Shown: piece after piece, positions 27,145 to 36,741 of the stretch
Layout of the letters: every line of letters starts with the position of its first letter
How positions within the stretch are numbered: the first letter of the stretch is position 1
NCBI GenBank assembly: GCA_963845185.1
Contig: CAWJRG010000005.1
Location: 672,001 to 736,000, forward strand
From: an uncultured bacterium
GTDB lineage: Bacteria > Oederibacteriota > PGYV01 > CAWJRG01
DNA: 64,000 nt
Direction: 5' to 3'
Translations under genes and position numbers: made by a program
The notes under the pieces: model-generated
What the model was told of the DNA's origin: nothing
Databases searched by the model: none
What the model saw: only the letters and a program-made list of their open reading frames with translations

Positions 27145-29433
27145 CTATCTTAATACTATAAACAGGCCGGTTTTACTTTTAATTTCTTCGCCAGCTCCAT
27201 CCTCTGCCACTAAAACATAATAATATGTGCCGCTTGCCGCATTTCCCAGGTCCAGCATTGATAAGTTAACGACATAATGCCCGTTTGTGAAAGCAATGGA
27301 ATCCGCTGCCCACGTCTTTTCTTTTATCAGTCTTAAACCTTCCGTATAAATTTTCATGCTTACGGATTGCGGCTGCTGTGTTGTATCCATACTTAAGTAA
27401 AGCGTATTTTCTCCCGGCATTATCGGGTTTGGATAAACAAGGACATTGCTTATTGTAAGCCTCGCTGACGGTGCGCTGGTATAGGTAGGAGTCGCAGTTG
27501 CCTCGCTGCAGGCGGATGAGGCGAAAGCAGAAGACGCCACCGTGTAAGAGCTTATATAATAAATCCCCGTTTCGTTTACTATCCAAGGCATGGTTTGCCC
27601 GCCTGTTGGGTCCGAGTAATTCCAGTCCCGGTAATCCTTTTCATACGGCGGCTGGGCTCCTCCGGCCAAAAGCGGCGGAATCGCCTGTCCCCCGTCGCTG
27701 TAGTATTCATAGCTGGCCCCGTCAGGCACAATGCCCGGCGGCGGCCCGTATAGGGAAGCTGCTGTGTCTGTGAAGCCGTAATTATCTAAGCCTGAAAAAT
27801 ACGGGTATAAAGGGTCGGTTACTGATGCCGGTTTGCCCATAAAATTGTTATATGAAAAGGCCACATTATAACTGCCGAACCACATGTGGTATATGCGCCA
27901 CACGCCATGCGCCGCGCCGATTGCCGCGGCATTTGTCATGTAAGTCATGTTCATTGGGTTTACTCCGTTTATATAATGAAGAAAATCTTCTGCGTGCTGC
28001 ATGCACTGGCTTGCTGTATATGCGCCTGTCGCTCCAAGCTTGGCGGCCCAAATCAGTTCCGTGGCGTAATTCATTTTTACCTCGTTTGCGCCCCAGTAAT
28101 AATCGTAGCTGTGCATTCCCGAGTTGTAAAGGTCGTCCTGATTTTGCGTAAAAATATCGCCGACCAGGTTTCCCCAGTCAGATTTCATGTCCGCAACCAC
28201 TGCTGCCGTGGCTCCGGTTGCCTGCATATACGCCAGCATGCCCCAATTACGCTGAAACTGGTTTTCGTTAAGCCACAATCCGTTCCATGTCTGGTAATTG
28301 TCAATCAAGGCCTGCGCAGCCGATATTATGGCAGCTGACCCGCTCAGCGCCTCTTCCATGCGGAATATCTCTGCCGCAGCCCAAAATTTATTGTCGCTGG
28401 CTGCCCATGTTGTTTCGTATGCGTTCCATGTGGCTTCCGCGGCTGATTTCAATGTCATGGCATAGCTATTCAAAGCAGGTACCCCGCTCATAACCCTTGC
28501 CGCTAGGGACAGCACTGTTACGAACGACTCTTCTCCTGTAGGATTTGGCGGGTAATAATACCGCACAGTAGTGTCTGTGCTGGGCGGCAAGCCCGTGGTC
28601 CAGTCTGTCTGGTGCACTACTGATAGGACATGTTTGTCTGTCATCTGCATTTTTAAATACCAGTCAAGTTCCCATTTGCATTCATCCAGAAGGTCTGATA
28701 TGCCGTTGCCTGATTCCGGAATATTTGTCAGGTTATCCGGAAACAGGCCGGGGTTCCACTCATAAGCTGTCAAAAGATAATGTATTGTCGAGCCCCCGTC
28801 TCCACCCCAGTTATTGCATGAGCCTGCAGGAGTTGACCCAATGTATTTGTTGTAGTCGCCCGCATCATGCCAGCCGCCGCTTAGGTTCAATGTCCCGTAG
28901 TTCGCTGGAAAAGTGCATCCCGGCGCCGGCCCGCAGGTTTTATCGCTTGTATGGCAGGCTGCTGTATCAGCCCAATTTACCCCGGCGTATGTAGCAGGCT
29001 TGGCTGTTCCGCACCTCTGGTAATAAAGTGCTTTCAAAGTGGCTTTCATTGGCTCCTGGTATATGCAGTCGGAAATCTGAAAATTGTAGGACTGCTCATT
29101 CAGGCTTGTGGACAGCACGTAATACTGCCCTGTCAGGGTCAGGCCGGAAAAGTCCACCCACCATAGCGTGTCTCCGGCTATCAAAGGCGATGTCGTATCT
29201 GCGCCTTTGGATGTGATGGTTGTGTTTGTGTAAACAAGGGCATTTGTGCTGGCGTTATAAATCCCCACGCCGCTGCCGGGATTGGCTGTAAAGTAGGCTA
29301 TTTTTTGGTCTGTCGTGCGGTATCCGAAATGGTCTATTTTTATGTTCCCTAAAATAGGCGCTGCAGTTAAACCCCTGCCAAAACATCCAAACATCATGAT
29401 AAGCATAAAGAAAACAAGCAATCTTTTCCTCAT
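27145..29433 (-). CDS. Secreted GH9 glycoside hydrolase (Ig-like N-domain + catalytic + C-terminal YPNP domain)
   Basis: Signal peptide; YYQRCG, LSGGWHDAGDYNKY, DLLDECKWELDW, NETGIYY; C-terminal VYPNP...SGTYYY. Confidence 0.9.
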   Translation of the reverse strand: MRKRLLVFFMLIMMFGCFGRGLTAAPILGNIKIDHFGYRTTDQKIAYFTANPGSGVGIYNASTNALVYTNTTITSKGADTTSPLIAGDTLWWVDFSGLTLTGQYYVLSTSLNEQSYNFQISDCIYQEPMKATLKALYYQRCGTAKPATYAGVNWADTAACHTSDKTCGPAPGCTFPANYGTLNLSGGWHDAGDYNKYIGSTPAGSCNNWGGDGGSTIHYLLTAYEWNPGLFPDNLTNIPESGNGISDLLDECKWELDWYLKMQMTDKHVLSVVHQTDWTTGLPPSTDTTVRYYYPPNPTGEESFVTVLSLAARVMSGVPALNSYAMTLKSAAEATWNAYETTWAASDNKFWAAAEIFRMEEALSGSAAIISAAQALIDNYQTWNGLWLNENQFQRNWGMLAYMQATGATAAVVADMKSDWGNLVGDIFTQNQDDLYNSGMHSYDYYWGANEVKMNYATELIWAAKLGATGAYTASQCMQHAEDFLHYINGVNPMNMTYMTNAAAIGAAHGVWRIYHMWFGSYNVAFSYNNFMGKPASVTDPLYPYFSGLDNYGFTDTAASLYGPPPGIVPDGASYEYYSDGGQAIPPLLAGGAQPPYEKDYRDWNYSDPTGGQTMPWIVNETGIYYISSYTVASSAFASSACSEATATPTYTSAPSARLTISNVLVYPNPIMPGENTLYLSMDTTQQPQSVSMKIYTEGLRLIKEKTWAADSIAFTNGHYVVNLSMLDLGNAASGTYYYVLVAEDGAGEEIKSKTGLFIVLR

Positions 29434-29593
29434 TAAACAGCACCGCCTCGCAAAATAGGATTGTTTTTAATTCGGCATTATCTCATTATACATAATCCCC
29501 TATTGAAAATCAAATTGAATGGTGCCTGCTGATTTTATCTTGATTTATATTAAATAAAATAATAATATAAATACAAATTCAAAGGCGGTACTT

Positions 29594-29962
29594 ATGCCAA
29601 GTTTTGAATGGATTACTTACAAAAATACAAGAATACTTTATATGGATATTGCCACTCCCAGCCAGAATTCGCAGGAACTGAAAGATATAATAAACCGTCT
29701 AATCCCTGTAATAGAAAAGGAACCTCCGGTTTCAATACTCGGCCTTGTAAATACAACAGGCGGAAGGTTTAACGCGGAAATGTCGCAGATGCTCAAGGAA
29801 TTTACCGCTCATAATACGCCTTATATAAAAATGACAGCCATAGTCGGAGTCGAAGGCATACAAAGGGCAATATATACGGCAGTCCTTATGTTCACAAAAC
29901 GCAAAAACCTCGTGCTGAAAAAATCCCGCGAGGAAGCGCTCGACTTCCTGGCAGCTCTGTAA
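29594..29962 (+). CDS. Hypothetical protein, STAS/SEC14-like
   Basis: WITYK..ILYMD, AIVGVEG, SREEALDFL pattern. Confidence 0.6.
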   Translation: MPSFEWITYKNTRILYMDIATPSQNSQELKDIINRLIPVIEKEPPVSILGLVNTTGGRFNAEMSQMLKEFTAHNTPYIKMTAIVGVEGIQRAIYTAVLMFTKRKNLVLKKSREEALDFLAAL

Positions 29963-30048
29963 TATTAAGAAATAAATCTTATAATAATTTAAACCCGGAC
30001 AATCAGTTTTTATGTTAATCTGCATAAAACTTTTAAAGGAGAATTCAC

Positions 30049-31201
30049 ATGCAATACAGGCCATTTGGAAAAGACAACTGGAAAATATCAGTACTTGGTT
30101 TTGGCGCCATGCGCCTGCCTTCGCTTCCCGGCAGTAACGCTGTCGATGAAAAAGAATCCATAAGGATGATGCGTTACGGCATGGACAATGGCATCAATTA
30201 CATTGACACAGCGTATTTTTACCACGGCGGCACAAGCGAGGTCATAGTCGGCAAGGCATTAAAGGACGGTTACAGGAAAAAAATCAGGCTTGCCACAAAA
30301 TCTCCGGTCAGTCTTATCAAGGAACCCGCGGATTTTGACAGGCTGCTGGCCGAGCAGATGAAAAGGCTCGATGTTGATTACATAGATTATTATTTGTTTC
30401 ACGGCATTGGTGACGCCGGGCTGTCGGGCATGAAAGCCCTCGGCCTTTTTAAAAGGATGGAGGACGCAAAAAAATCAGGCAAGGTAGGCCACATAGGATT
30501 TTCCTTTCACGACAAGGCTGATGTTTTTATACGCGTGATTGACAGCTATGATAAATGGGAATTCTGCCAGATACAGTATAATTATATGGATACTGATAAC
30601 CAGGCAGGCATAGCCGGATTGAAATACGCCGCATCAAAGGGCATCTCGGTCATTGTCATGGAGCCGCTTCTGGGTGGCAGGCTTGCCAAACCGCCTAAAG
30701 ACATAGCCGTAGTCTTTGCCAATTTTGGAATTAAAAGGACCCCTGCTGAATGGGCCCTGCAGTGGGTATGGAACCATCCTGAAGTATCGGTTATTTTAAG
30801 CGGCATGAGCAGTTTTGAACAGGTTGAGGAAAATATAAAATCAGCGGACAGGGCAAAACCAAATCAGTTCAGTAATGAAGAACTTAGCATTATAAGCAAG
30901 GCAAAATCCATGTTTCAAAATCGCGAGGCAATTCCCTGCACGCAATGCATGTACTGCATGCCCTGCTCCCACGGCGTGAATATACCCAGGAACCTGGAAC
31001 TTTACAACGAGGGAATGAGGTACGAAGACCCTGGCGCTCCCAGGTTTTTTTACAAAATGTGGATGAAAGAGGGTGAAAGGGCCTCGGCCTGTACGCAATG
31101 CAAGGAATGCGAGGAAAAATGCCCGCAGAAAATAGAGAATATCCTCGTGGATGCCGAAAGTGGACAATGTGCTAGGCAAAGGAATGGAATTTCCCGGCTA
31201 G
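30049..31201 (+). CDS. Aldo/keto reductase with C-terminal 4Fe-4S dicluster; +1 frameshift near the 3' end (likely sequencing error)
   Basis: LGFGAMRLP, YIDTAY.YH, QIQYNY, MEPLLGG, CTQCMYCMPC, CTQCKECEEKCPQ; deleting one A in GAGAATATC (31135-31143) gives KIEISSWMPKVDNVLG...* at 31201. Confidence 0.88.
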
Positions 31202-31292
31202 CGCCGGGTAAAAGTTAAAATATAAATATTAGGTTAATATCACGCCATGTTAATTTAATAAAAAACCTTTCCCACTCTCTCTTTAATCTCTA

Positions 31293-32153
31293 TTAAAACG
31301 CATACCCTGCATAAACCGACAATACAATTCCCCTGAAGTCCAATTCCTGCATATTATTATCATTGCCAAATTTAAGCACTGAATCTTTTGGGGTTGTTAT
31401 TGTTCTGCCGTTTGATGTAGTTAAAGAATATTGCTTGTCAGTCTGCACATACGGTATTACATCATATTTGTATCCGAGATTTATGCCGGCTGTAATGCCC
31501 GACCCTGTTGTATTTATATATTTCAACCCCAGATTAAGATCCGAGGCTATTCCCCCGCCATAATAATTTACGGTTGCGTTATAACTTCCATTAACCGGAT
31601 CATTTGTAACATCCCATTTTGTGGTCATTGATGCCCAGGAATATCCGCTGTACACTGAAAAATTAAATGCAATCGGGAAGTCTAAATTCTGCATTATCTT
31701 TTTCAGCGGAAGGTCATACCCGACTCCTATTTCCAGGGGAATCAGGCTTGTATTATATGTGTATTTGTAAGTTGCCGTAGGATTTGCAGTAGGTGAATAA
31801 TGCCTTGATGCAGGCATGCAGTACAGGTACCCGAACTCAGGGCCTACATAAAGGGAGTTTGATTTGTAGTCAATTTCAAATGTCCCAAGAATCCCTGTAT
31901 TTGTCTTGGTATATCCGTTGTCTGTAATGGTTGGATTTTGATTTAATGTGTCAAGCATGGAATTTAAAGATGACATGAAAACATACTCACCGGCAAGCCC
32001 GAATTTTATTACAAAATTTTCACTCAATTCCACCTTCTGCTGCGTTGACTCGATATTTGCCCCGTTATCCGAACTTGCCGTCCCTTCTTCAGCAAAAATA
32101 CTTACAGCACAAACCAGGAAAAATACAAGAACCGCAAAAATTTTTAGTTTCAT
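31293..32153 (-). CDS. Putative outer-membrane beta-barrel protein
   Basis: GGAG RBS, signal peptide, amphipathic strands, C-terminal YAGYAF. Confidence 0.7.
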   Translation of the reverse strand: MKLKIFAVLVFFLVCAVSIFAEEGTASSDNGANIESTQQKVELSENFVIKFGLAGEYVFMSSLNSMLDTLNQNPTITDNGYTKTNTGILGTFEIDYKSNSLYVGPEFGYLYCMPASRHYSPTANPTATYKYTYNTSLIPLEIGVGYDLPLKKIMQNLDFPIAFNFSVYSGYSWASMTTKWDVTNDPVNGSYNATVNYYGGGIASDLNLGLKYINTTGSGITAGINLGYKYDVIPYVQTDKQYSLTTSNGRTITTPKDSVLKFGNDNNMQELDFRGIVLSVYAGYAF

Positions 32154-32327
32154 TTTCATTCTCCTTTTTTTGTTTGGTCTAAAATAAATCAGCAAAATAC
32201 TCCTGCTGATTGGTGAAATTGTTGCGCCATCAACAAACAATTTTACAGTATTGGGGTTTTGCATGAATAATTATAGCAAAATTTTTAATCAGTTTCTACA
32301 ATATTACTTTATTTTCGGAGGCGAAAA

Positions 32328-34250
32328 TTAATTTCTTTTTATTGCCAGTCCCATGCCTGAAAAAACAAGTTCGTGGTGCTCGCCGGTCTGGGGTTTGTTT
32401 TGAGGGGCGCAGAGGGAAAAAACAATTGATTTTATTTTCACAGGCGGCATCGGGAAATGGAAAGTTTCAGTTTTTCCGAGCCCCCTTTTACCGGACAACA
32501 GCTCGTGCAGTATGTTGTTCTCATCCATTACAGCAACGAAAAGGAGCGAGCTGTTATCCCATTTCATGGCCGTTTCCAGATACGCGCCGGGAATAACAGG
32601 AGGCGCAGCGGCCAGGGAAATATTCAGGTCGGCATGCTGTATGAAATAATGGTACCCTTCTTTTCGTTCGGTGTCGTCAAAAGAAAAAACAGCATGTTTG
32701 CCGGCAAACGCGGAAGCCTTATGAATGTCCCTGTCTGAACGCAGCATTTTCCATTTGTCATGGTCCATGAAAGAAATGGTAAATTTTTTTTCAAAATTTC
32801 CGTCAAAACATGATATATTTTTATAAATTCTTATGAGCGGAGACTTGACGGATTCGGGTTTAAACTCGGCCACGGGTTCGCCGCATTCCAGAGTCCTGTC
32901 ATTTAAACCTCCAAAACTGCTGAGCGCAAAATACCTGTATCCGGCAAGATTTTCCGGCAAAAGCTCTGCGGGCATATATGTGACGTCCCTTGCCGGGTCT
33001 ACAAGCGAGTGGTTCGCGTTAACGGCCGGGTCATAATCTGTCAGGGGCGGCCCGTATTCTTCGTAAATCAGGGGCGAACCTGCCGGTATGTTCTTTAAAA
33101 TCCAGTCCCTGGCAATAACCCTTGTGTCGGGTTTCAAATACTGTCCCACGGTCATGATCGAGCCGTAAATACCAAAGGCCAGAATCAGCATAGAAGCGGG
33201 GTAAAAAAGATATGCCGGGCTGTATAATTTTTCAGTGATTAGGCAGGCTGTTGCCAGGTAGAGAAAAGGTATTATCAGAGCTGTGTGAACCTCGTAATTT
33301 ACCTTCATTGAAAAAAGCACAAGGAGGTATGGCCATACAAGCAAAGGCATCAGGCGTTTTTCAAAACTGCCGGTGAAAGTGTAATAAAGCAATGCGGCAA
33401 AACCAGCAAGAGCAGGCACTATCCCCATGCCTTTGCCTGCAATGTACTGCATAAAAAACATGTTCGGGAAATGTGACGGCGCATTGCCTGTATACCCTGT
33501 AAAAGTCAGGTAAAAAATGGATAAAAGTTCAGGATAGCTTTTAAACACCGGTAAAGTCAAAGCCAGGGTTAAAAACAAGCCTGAAAATAAAACCGCAAAA
33601 CTAGAGCCGTATTGTTTCTTATCCCCTTTTAATATTACCGCTGTCAGGGGTATGAAGAGCGCCAGGGCATTATATTTTGCCAGCGTTGCCGCGGCCGCAA
33701 AAACTGACGCAAAAAAAAGAAACAGCAACCGGTTGTTTTTTAAAAACATGTTTAGCATAAGAAATGATGTCAGCGCCAGAAACACCATGAGCGAGTCTGG
33801 CTTTATCACCCACGAGATGTCAACATGCGCGGGAGAAAACGCCAAAAAAAGGCCTGCAAGTATTGCTGCAGGCAGGCCTGCAATAATATAGCCCAGGAAA
33901 AATATCACGCCTGTAGCTAATACGCCCATGGCAATCGAAGCAGCGCGGTCTGCCCCGTAAAAATCTTTGGGTTCAAGGGCTTTTACGCCGTTTCTTTTAA
34001 GCGCCGGGCTTGATTCATATTTTAAATAATCAACAGCCGTGAAAAAAAAATAAGTGAAAGGAGGGTAAACATAAAAATGAGGGTCAAGCCTGCTGTATTT
34101 GAGATTTTCCATGCCTGCGTTGGACATGGAGTATTCGTCTATATGGAAAAGAAAAGGCCTGCTGTAATTAAACATCTGCACGCGCAAAATAAGAGCAATT
34201 ATCATAACAGCCATAAAACACGATGCAGTAACAATAACTTTCCTGTTCAT
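32328..34250 (-). CDS. GT-C superfamily (ArnT/PMT-like) membrane glycosyltransferase
   Basis: HIDE, YPP, KPD, AKYN motifs; many TM helices; DTR..ARDWI. Confidence 0.82.
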   Translation of the reverse strand: MNRKVIVTASCFMAVMIIALILRVQMFNYSRPFLFHIDEYSMSNAGMENLKYSRLDPHFYVYPPFTYFFFTAVDYLKYESSPALKRNGVKALEPKDFYGADRAASIAMGVLATGVIFFLGYIIAGLPAAILAGLFLAFSPAHVDISWVIKPDSLMVFLALTSFLMLNMFLKNNRLLFLFFASVFAAAATLAKYNALALFIPLTAVILKGDKKQYGSSFAVLFSGLFLTLALTLPVFKSYPELLSIFYLTFTGYTGNAPSHFPNMFFMQYIAGKGMGIVPALAGFAALLYYTFTGSFEKRLMPLLVWPYLLVLFSMKVNYEVHTALIIPFLYLATACLITEKLYSPAYLFYPASMLILAFGIYGSIMTVGQYLKPDTRVIARDWILKNIPAGSPLIYEEYGPPLTDYDPAVNANHSLVDPARDVTYMPAELLPENLAGYRYFALSSFGGLNDRTLECGEPVAEFKPESVKSPLIRIYKNISCFDGNFEKKFTISFMDHDKWKMLRSDRDIHKASAFAGKHAVFSFDDTERKEGYHYFIQHADLNISLAAAPPVIPGAYLETAMKWDNSSLLFVAVMDENNILHELLSGKRGLGKTETFHFPMPPVKIKSIVFSLCAPQNKPQTGEHHELVFSGMGLAIKRN

Positions 34251-34258
34251 ATACGCTC

Positions 34259-35116
34259 CTATCTGTACTTTTCGAAATATTCTTTTAAATACGACAGCGC
34301 CGGGTCTTTTGACAGGTCTATGTCTGAATGGCCTGTACCGGCCAGGGTGCAGAAGTATTTTTCTTTTGAGCCTGCCGCATCAAACATCTTTTTCCCTATT
34401 TCAAATGCAAAAACCTCGTCGTTTGTCCCGTGAATGTAAAGCAAGGGGGCCTTTACGTTTTTTATCATGTCAATTGGCTGTGGCTTTTTATCCCGCAGCT
34501 TCTTTTCAGCTTCCAGATGTACAATTCTGCTTAAGGGCCATGGCAGCCCCCTGCTGAAACCCGGCACAGCTTCTTCCGCGCTTGTAAAAGCAGCTTCCAT
34601 TATAATACCGTCCACCTGTTTGTTTGACGCAATGTTTAGTCCCGGCACCGTGCCTATTGACTGGGTAAAAACAAATAATTTTTTCATTTTTAAAGCGTAA
34701 TTCTTGGTTATATAACCGTAAATTATATTGGAATCAACCAACAAATTGTCAAAGGAAGGTTCTCCAGTGCTGCTGCCATAGCCCCGGTAATCAAAACAAA
34801 TTACATTAAGGTTAAATTCCTTTGCAAAGAAATATAACCGTTCCTTGGCTTTATAAATGCTTTGGCCGTTGCCGTAAAAATATACAAGGTAATCATGCGA
34901 GCCTGCGTTTTCAAAAACAATACCGGCAAGCGTGTTCCCGTCTGTTGTTACTAAAATGTTTTTCCTGTATATTCCCCCGCCCATGTCCTGGTCGGTCAGT
35001 GAAGGCTGTTTTTTAGGGAAAAAGAAATTGGGCTCGTATATGGTAATGCAGGAAAAAGTAAAAAATATGGGGAGAATAAAAATAAATAAGATTTGCTTTA
35101 CTTTATTTGCCCGCAT
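34259..35116 (-). CDS. Alpha/beta hydrolase, probable lipoprotein
   Basis: YFYGNG, FDYRGYG, QSIG nucleophile elbow, IHGTNDE, GHSD. Confidence 0.88.
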   Translation of the reverse strand: MRANKVKQILFIFILPIFFTFSCITIYEPNFFFPKKQPSLTDQDMGGGIYRKNILVTTDGNTLAGIVFENAGSHDYLVYFYGNGQSIYKAKERLYFFAKEFNLNVICFDYRGYGSSTGEPSFDNLLVDSNIIYGYITKNYALKMKKLFVFTQSIGTVPGLNIASNKQVDGIIMEAAFTSAEEAVPGFSRGLPWPLSRIVHLEAEKKLRDKKPQPIDMIKNVKAPLLYIHGTNDEVFAFEIGKKMFDAAGSKEKYFCTLAGTGHSDIDLSKDPALSYLKEYFEKYR

Positions 35117-35120
35117 TTTG

Positions 35121-35318
35121 TTACTTATCCAATTTTATATCAGGATTTTTCGGCTTTAAATTTTTATTTCCCAATTCATCTTTAATTGAGTGCTCAATTC
35201 TTTCATACTTGCATTTGGGGCATACATATTTGGTAGGATAAAAGACCGTCATAATGCTTCCGCATTTCGGGCACTTTACCTTGTCAAGAAAATTATCAAA
35301 TTTATTAAATTTATCCAT
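35121..35318 (-). CDS. Small zinc-ribbon protein
   Basis: CPKCG...CPKC. Confidence 0.6.
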   Translation of the reverse strand: MDKFNKFDNFLDKVKCPKCGSIMTVFYPTKYVCPKCKYERIEHSIKDELGNKNLKPKNPDIKLDK

Positions 35319-35336
35319 TTTGTCACCTTCTTATGT

Positions 35337-35612
35337 TTATTTTTTAATTCTGGAAAGCCTGTATGTTACGCAGCCGTCCGGGCAGGTAAGGTCTATATAA
35401 TCTGCCTTTTCAAACCCCATATGCTCGGTCCACCGTAAGGCAAACACCATTTGGTTTATGGCAGTAAATGAGCTGCTGCACATTCCTATCGGGGTAGGAG
35501 TCCTTGCCGAAAGTGTGTAGATTTCGCCTTTTTTGCATTTGGCAGAGCCCAAACAAACTCCTGTCTCAGTCCGGATCTCTATTGCCTCGCATTTAACTTC
35601 GTAATTAGCCAT
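35337..35612 (-). CDS. TIGR04076-like small Cys protein
   Basis: C..G, GMC, TCPDG..YRL pattern; AGGAG RBS. Confidence 0.7.
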   Translation of the reverse strand: MANYEVKCEAIEIRTETGVCLGSAKCKKGEIYTLSARTPTPIGMCSSSFTAINQMVFALRWTEHMGFEKADYIDLTCPDGCVTYRLSRIKK

Positions 35613-35625
35613 TTTTAAGCTCCTT

Positions 35626-35898
35626 TTATTCGCCCAAAATTGTCTCGTTCCAATCCTTTATAGTCACCTTTCCCACAAGCCTCTCAAGAACAAAAGGGTC
35701 AATTTTGACAAATTCTTCAGCCGACTGCCTGTCCTTAAATATCCCCATGGACCCTTCCGCAGGATTTGCCCATGTGCCAACAGCAATTAATTTCCCTTTC
35801 GAATGGAATTCATCCACTACTTTTTTATGTCTGGGATATACCTGCCTTACAGTATCCATTGACACATTGCCGAGCTCATAAAAAATTACCGCTTTCAT
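35626..35898 (-). CDS. YciI family protein
   Basis: PRH, GSMGIF, AEEFVKIDPFV, W near the C-terminus. Confidence 0.85.
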   Translation of the reverse strand: MKAVIFYELGNVSMDTVRQVYPRHKKVVDEFHSKGKLIAVGTWANPAEGSMGIFKDRQSAEEFVKIDPFVLERLVGKVTIKDWNETILGE

Positions 35899-35958
35899 AA
35901 TTTCTCCAAACTAAATTTTTATATGTTTCCTCTTATACCAATTACCAAAATTTGAAAG

Positions 35959-36237
35959 TTACAGACCAGCCATACCCAGCAGCTTGTAAATAAGGAGCGC
36001 GGGCCAGACAATCGCCTTCAGCAGGCCAACAACGCCCATCCAGAATCCGGTTGCGTGCTGGATGAAATATACCGCGGCGCCTATAAATCCTATCCCATAA
36101 ACCGCATTATTGCCCGAACGATGAAAGCCCCTTTTGCTTTCGCCACAGCAGTTTTCTTTTTTAATCTCTTTGTCTATTTTCTTTCCTATCGAGCTTCCTA
36201 TTGTCTTGCCAATTCCTTTGCCCTGTGCTTTTGCCAT
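35959..36237 (-). CDS. Small hypothetical membrane protein
   Basis: AVYGIGFIGAAVYFI...GLLKAIVWPA; AGGAGG RBS. Confidence 0.75.
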   Translation of the reverse strand: MAKAQGKGIGKTIGSSIGKKIDKEIKKENCCGESKRGFHRSGNNAVYGIGFIGAAVYFIQHATGFWMGVVGLLKAIVWPALLIYKLLGMAGL

Positions 36238-36306
36238 TTTTAGCCTCCTGATTTTATAATTTCAATGTAATATGAATTAATTTTCCGATATCCCTATATA
36301 CCTGGG

Positions 36307-36498
36307 TTATTTTTTTGCGCCAAATTTTTTCTTCATGGCGTTTGTCGGGAAAAGAACAGAGTATTTCTTTCCCTGCCAGCTGAAAAACTTGTCAATGCAC
36401 TCGCTGCAAATATCCGCCGAATGTTTTTCATCTATTACAAAATGGTTGAATTCAGGGCTGTAGTTGTCTATTGGTTTTTCACATAAAACGCATTTCAT
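36307..36498 (-). CDS. Small hypothetical protein with two CxxC motifs
   Basis: MKCVLC...ICSEC; GAGG RBS. Confidence 0.7.
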   Translation of the reverse strand: MKCVLCEKPIDNYSPEFNHFVIDEKHSADICSECIDKFFSWQGKKYSVLFPTNAMKKKFGAKK

Positions 36499-36741
36499 GT
36501 TTTAACCTCTCTATGTGATATAAGAATCAACCATTCATTTTTTATTTTATCACCCCTATTACCAAAAGCAAGGTGAAACCATTGGAAAGTAACTGGAGCC
36601 CCACGGCCGAAGGCCGTGGTACCAGTTAAAATTCGGCCCGACTCGGTCTCGCCGAGAAATACCAATTAGTCGCATTTCTAAATTCGAGTTCATATAATAC
36701 GCGACGTCCAGCGAAACAGAACGCATTCAACCACGGGCGAT

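Noticed and set aside
35121..36498. Integron cassette array
   Set aside because: No attC-like RYYYAAC...GTTRRRY palindromes between the genes and no integrase
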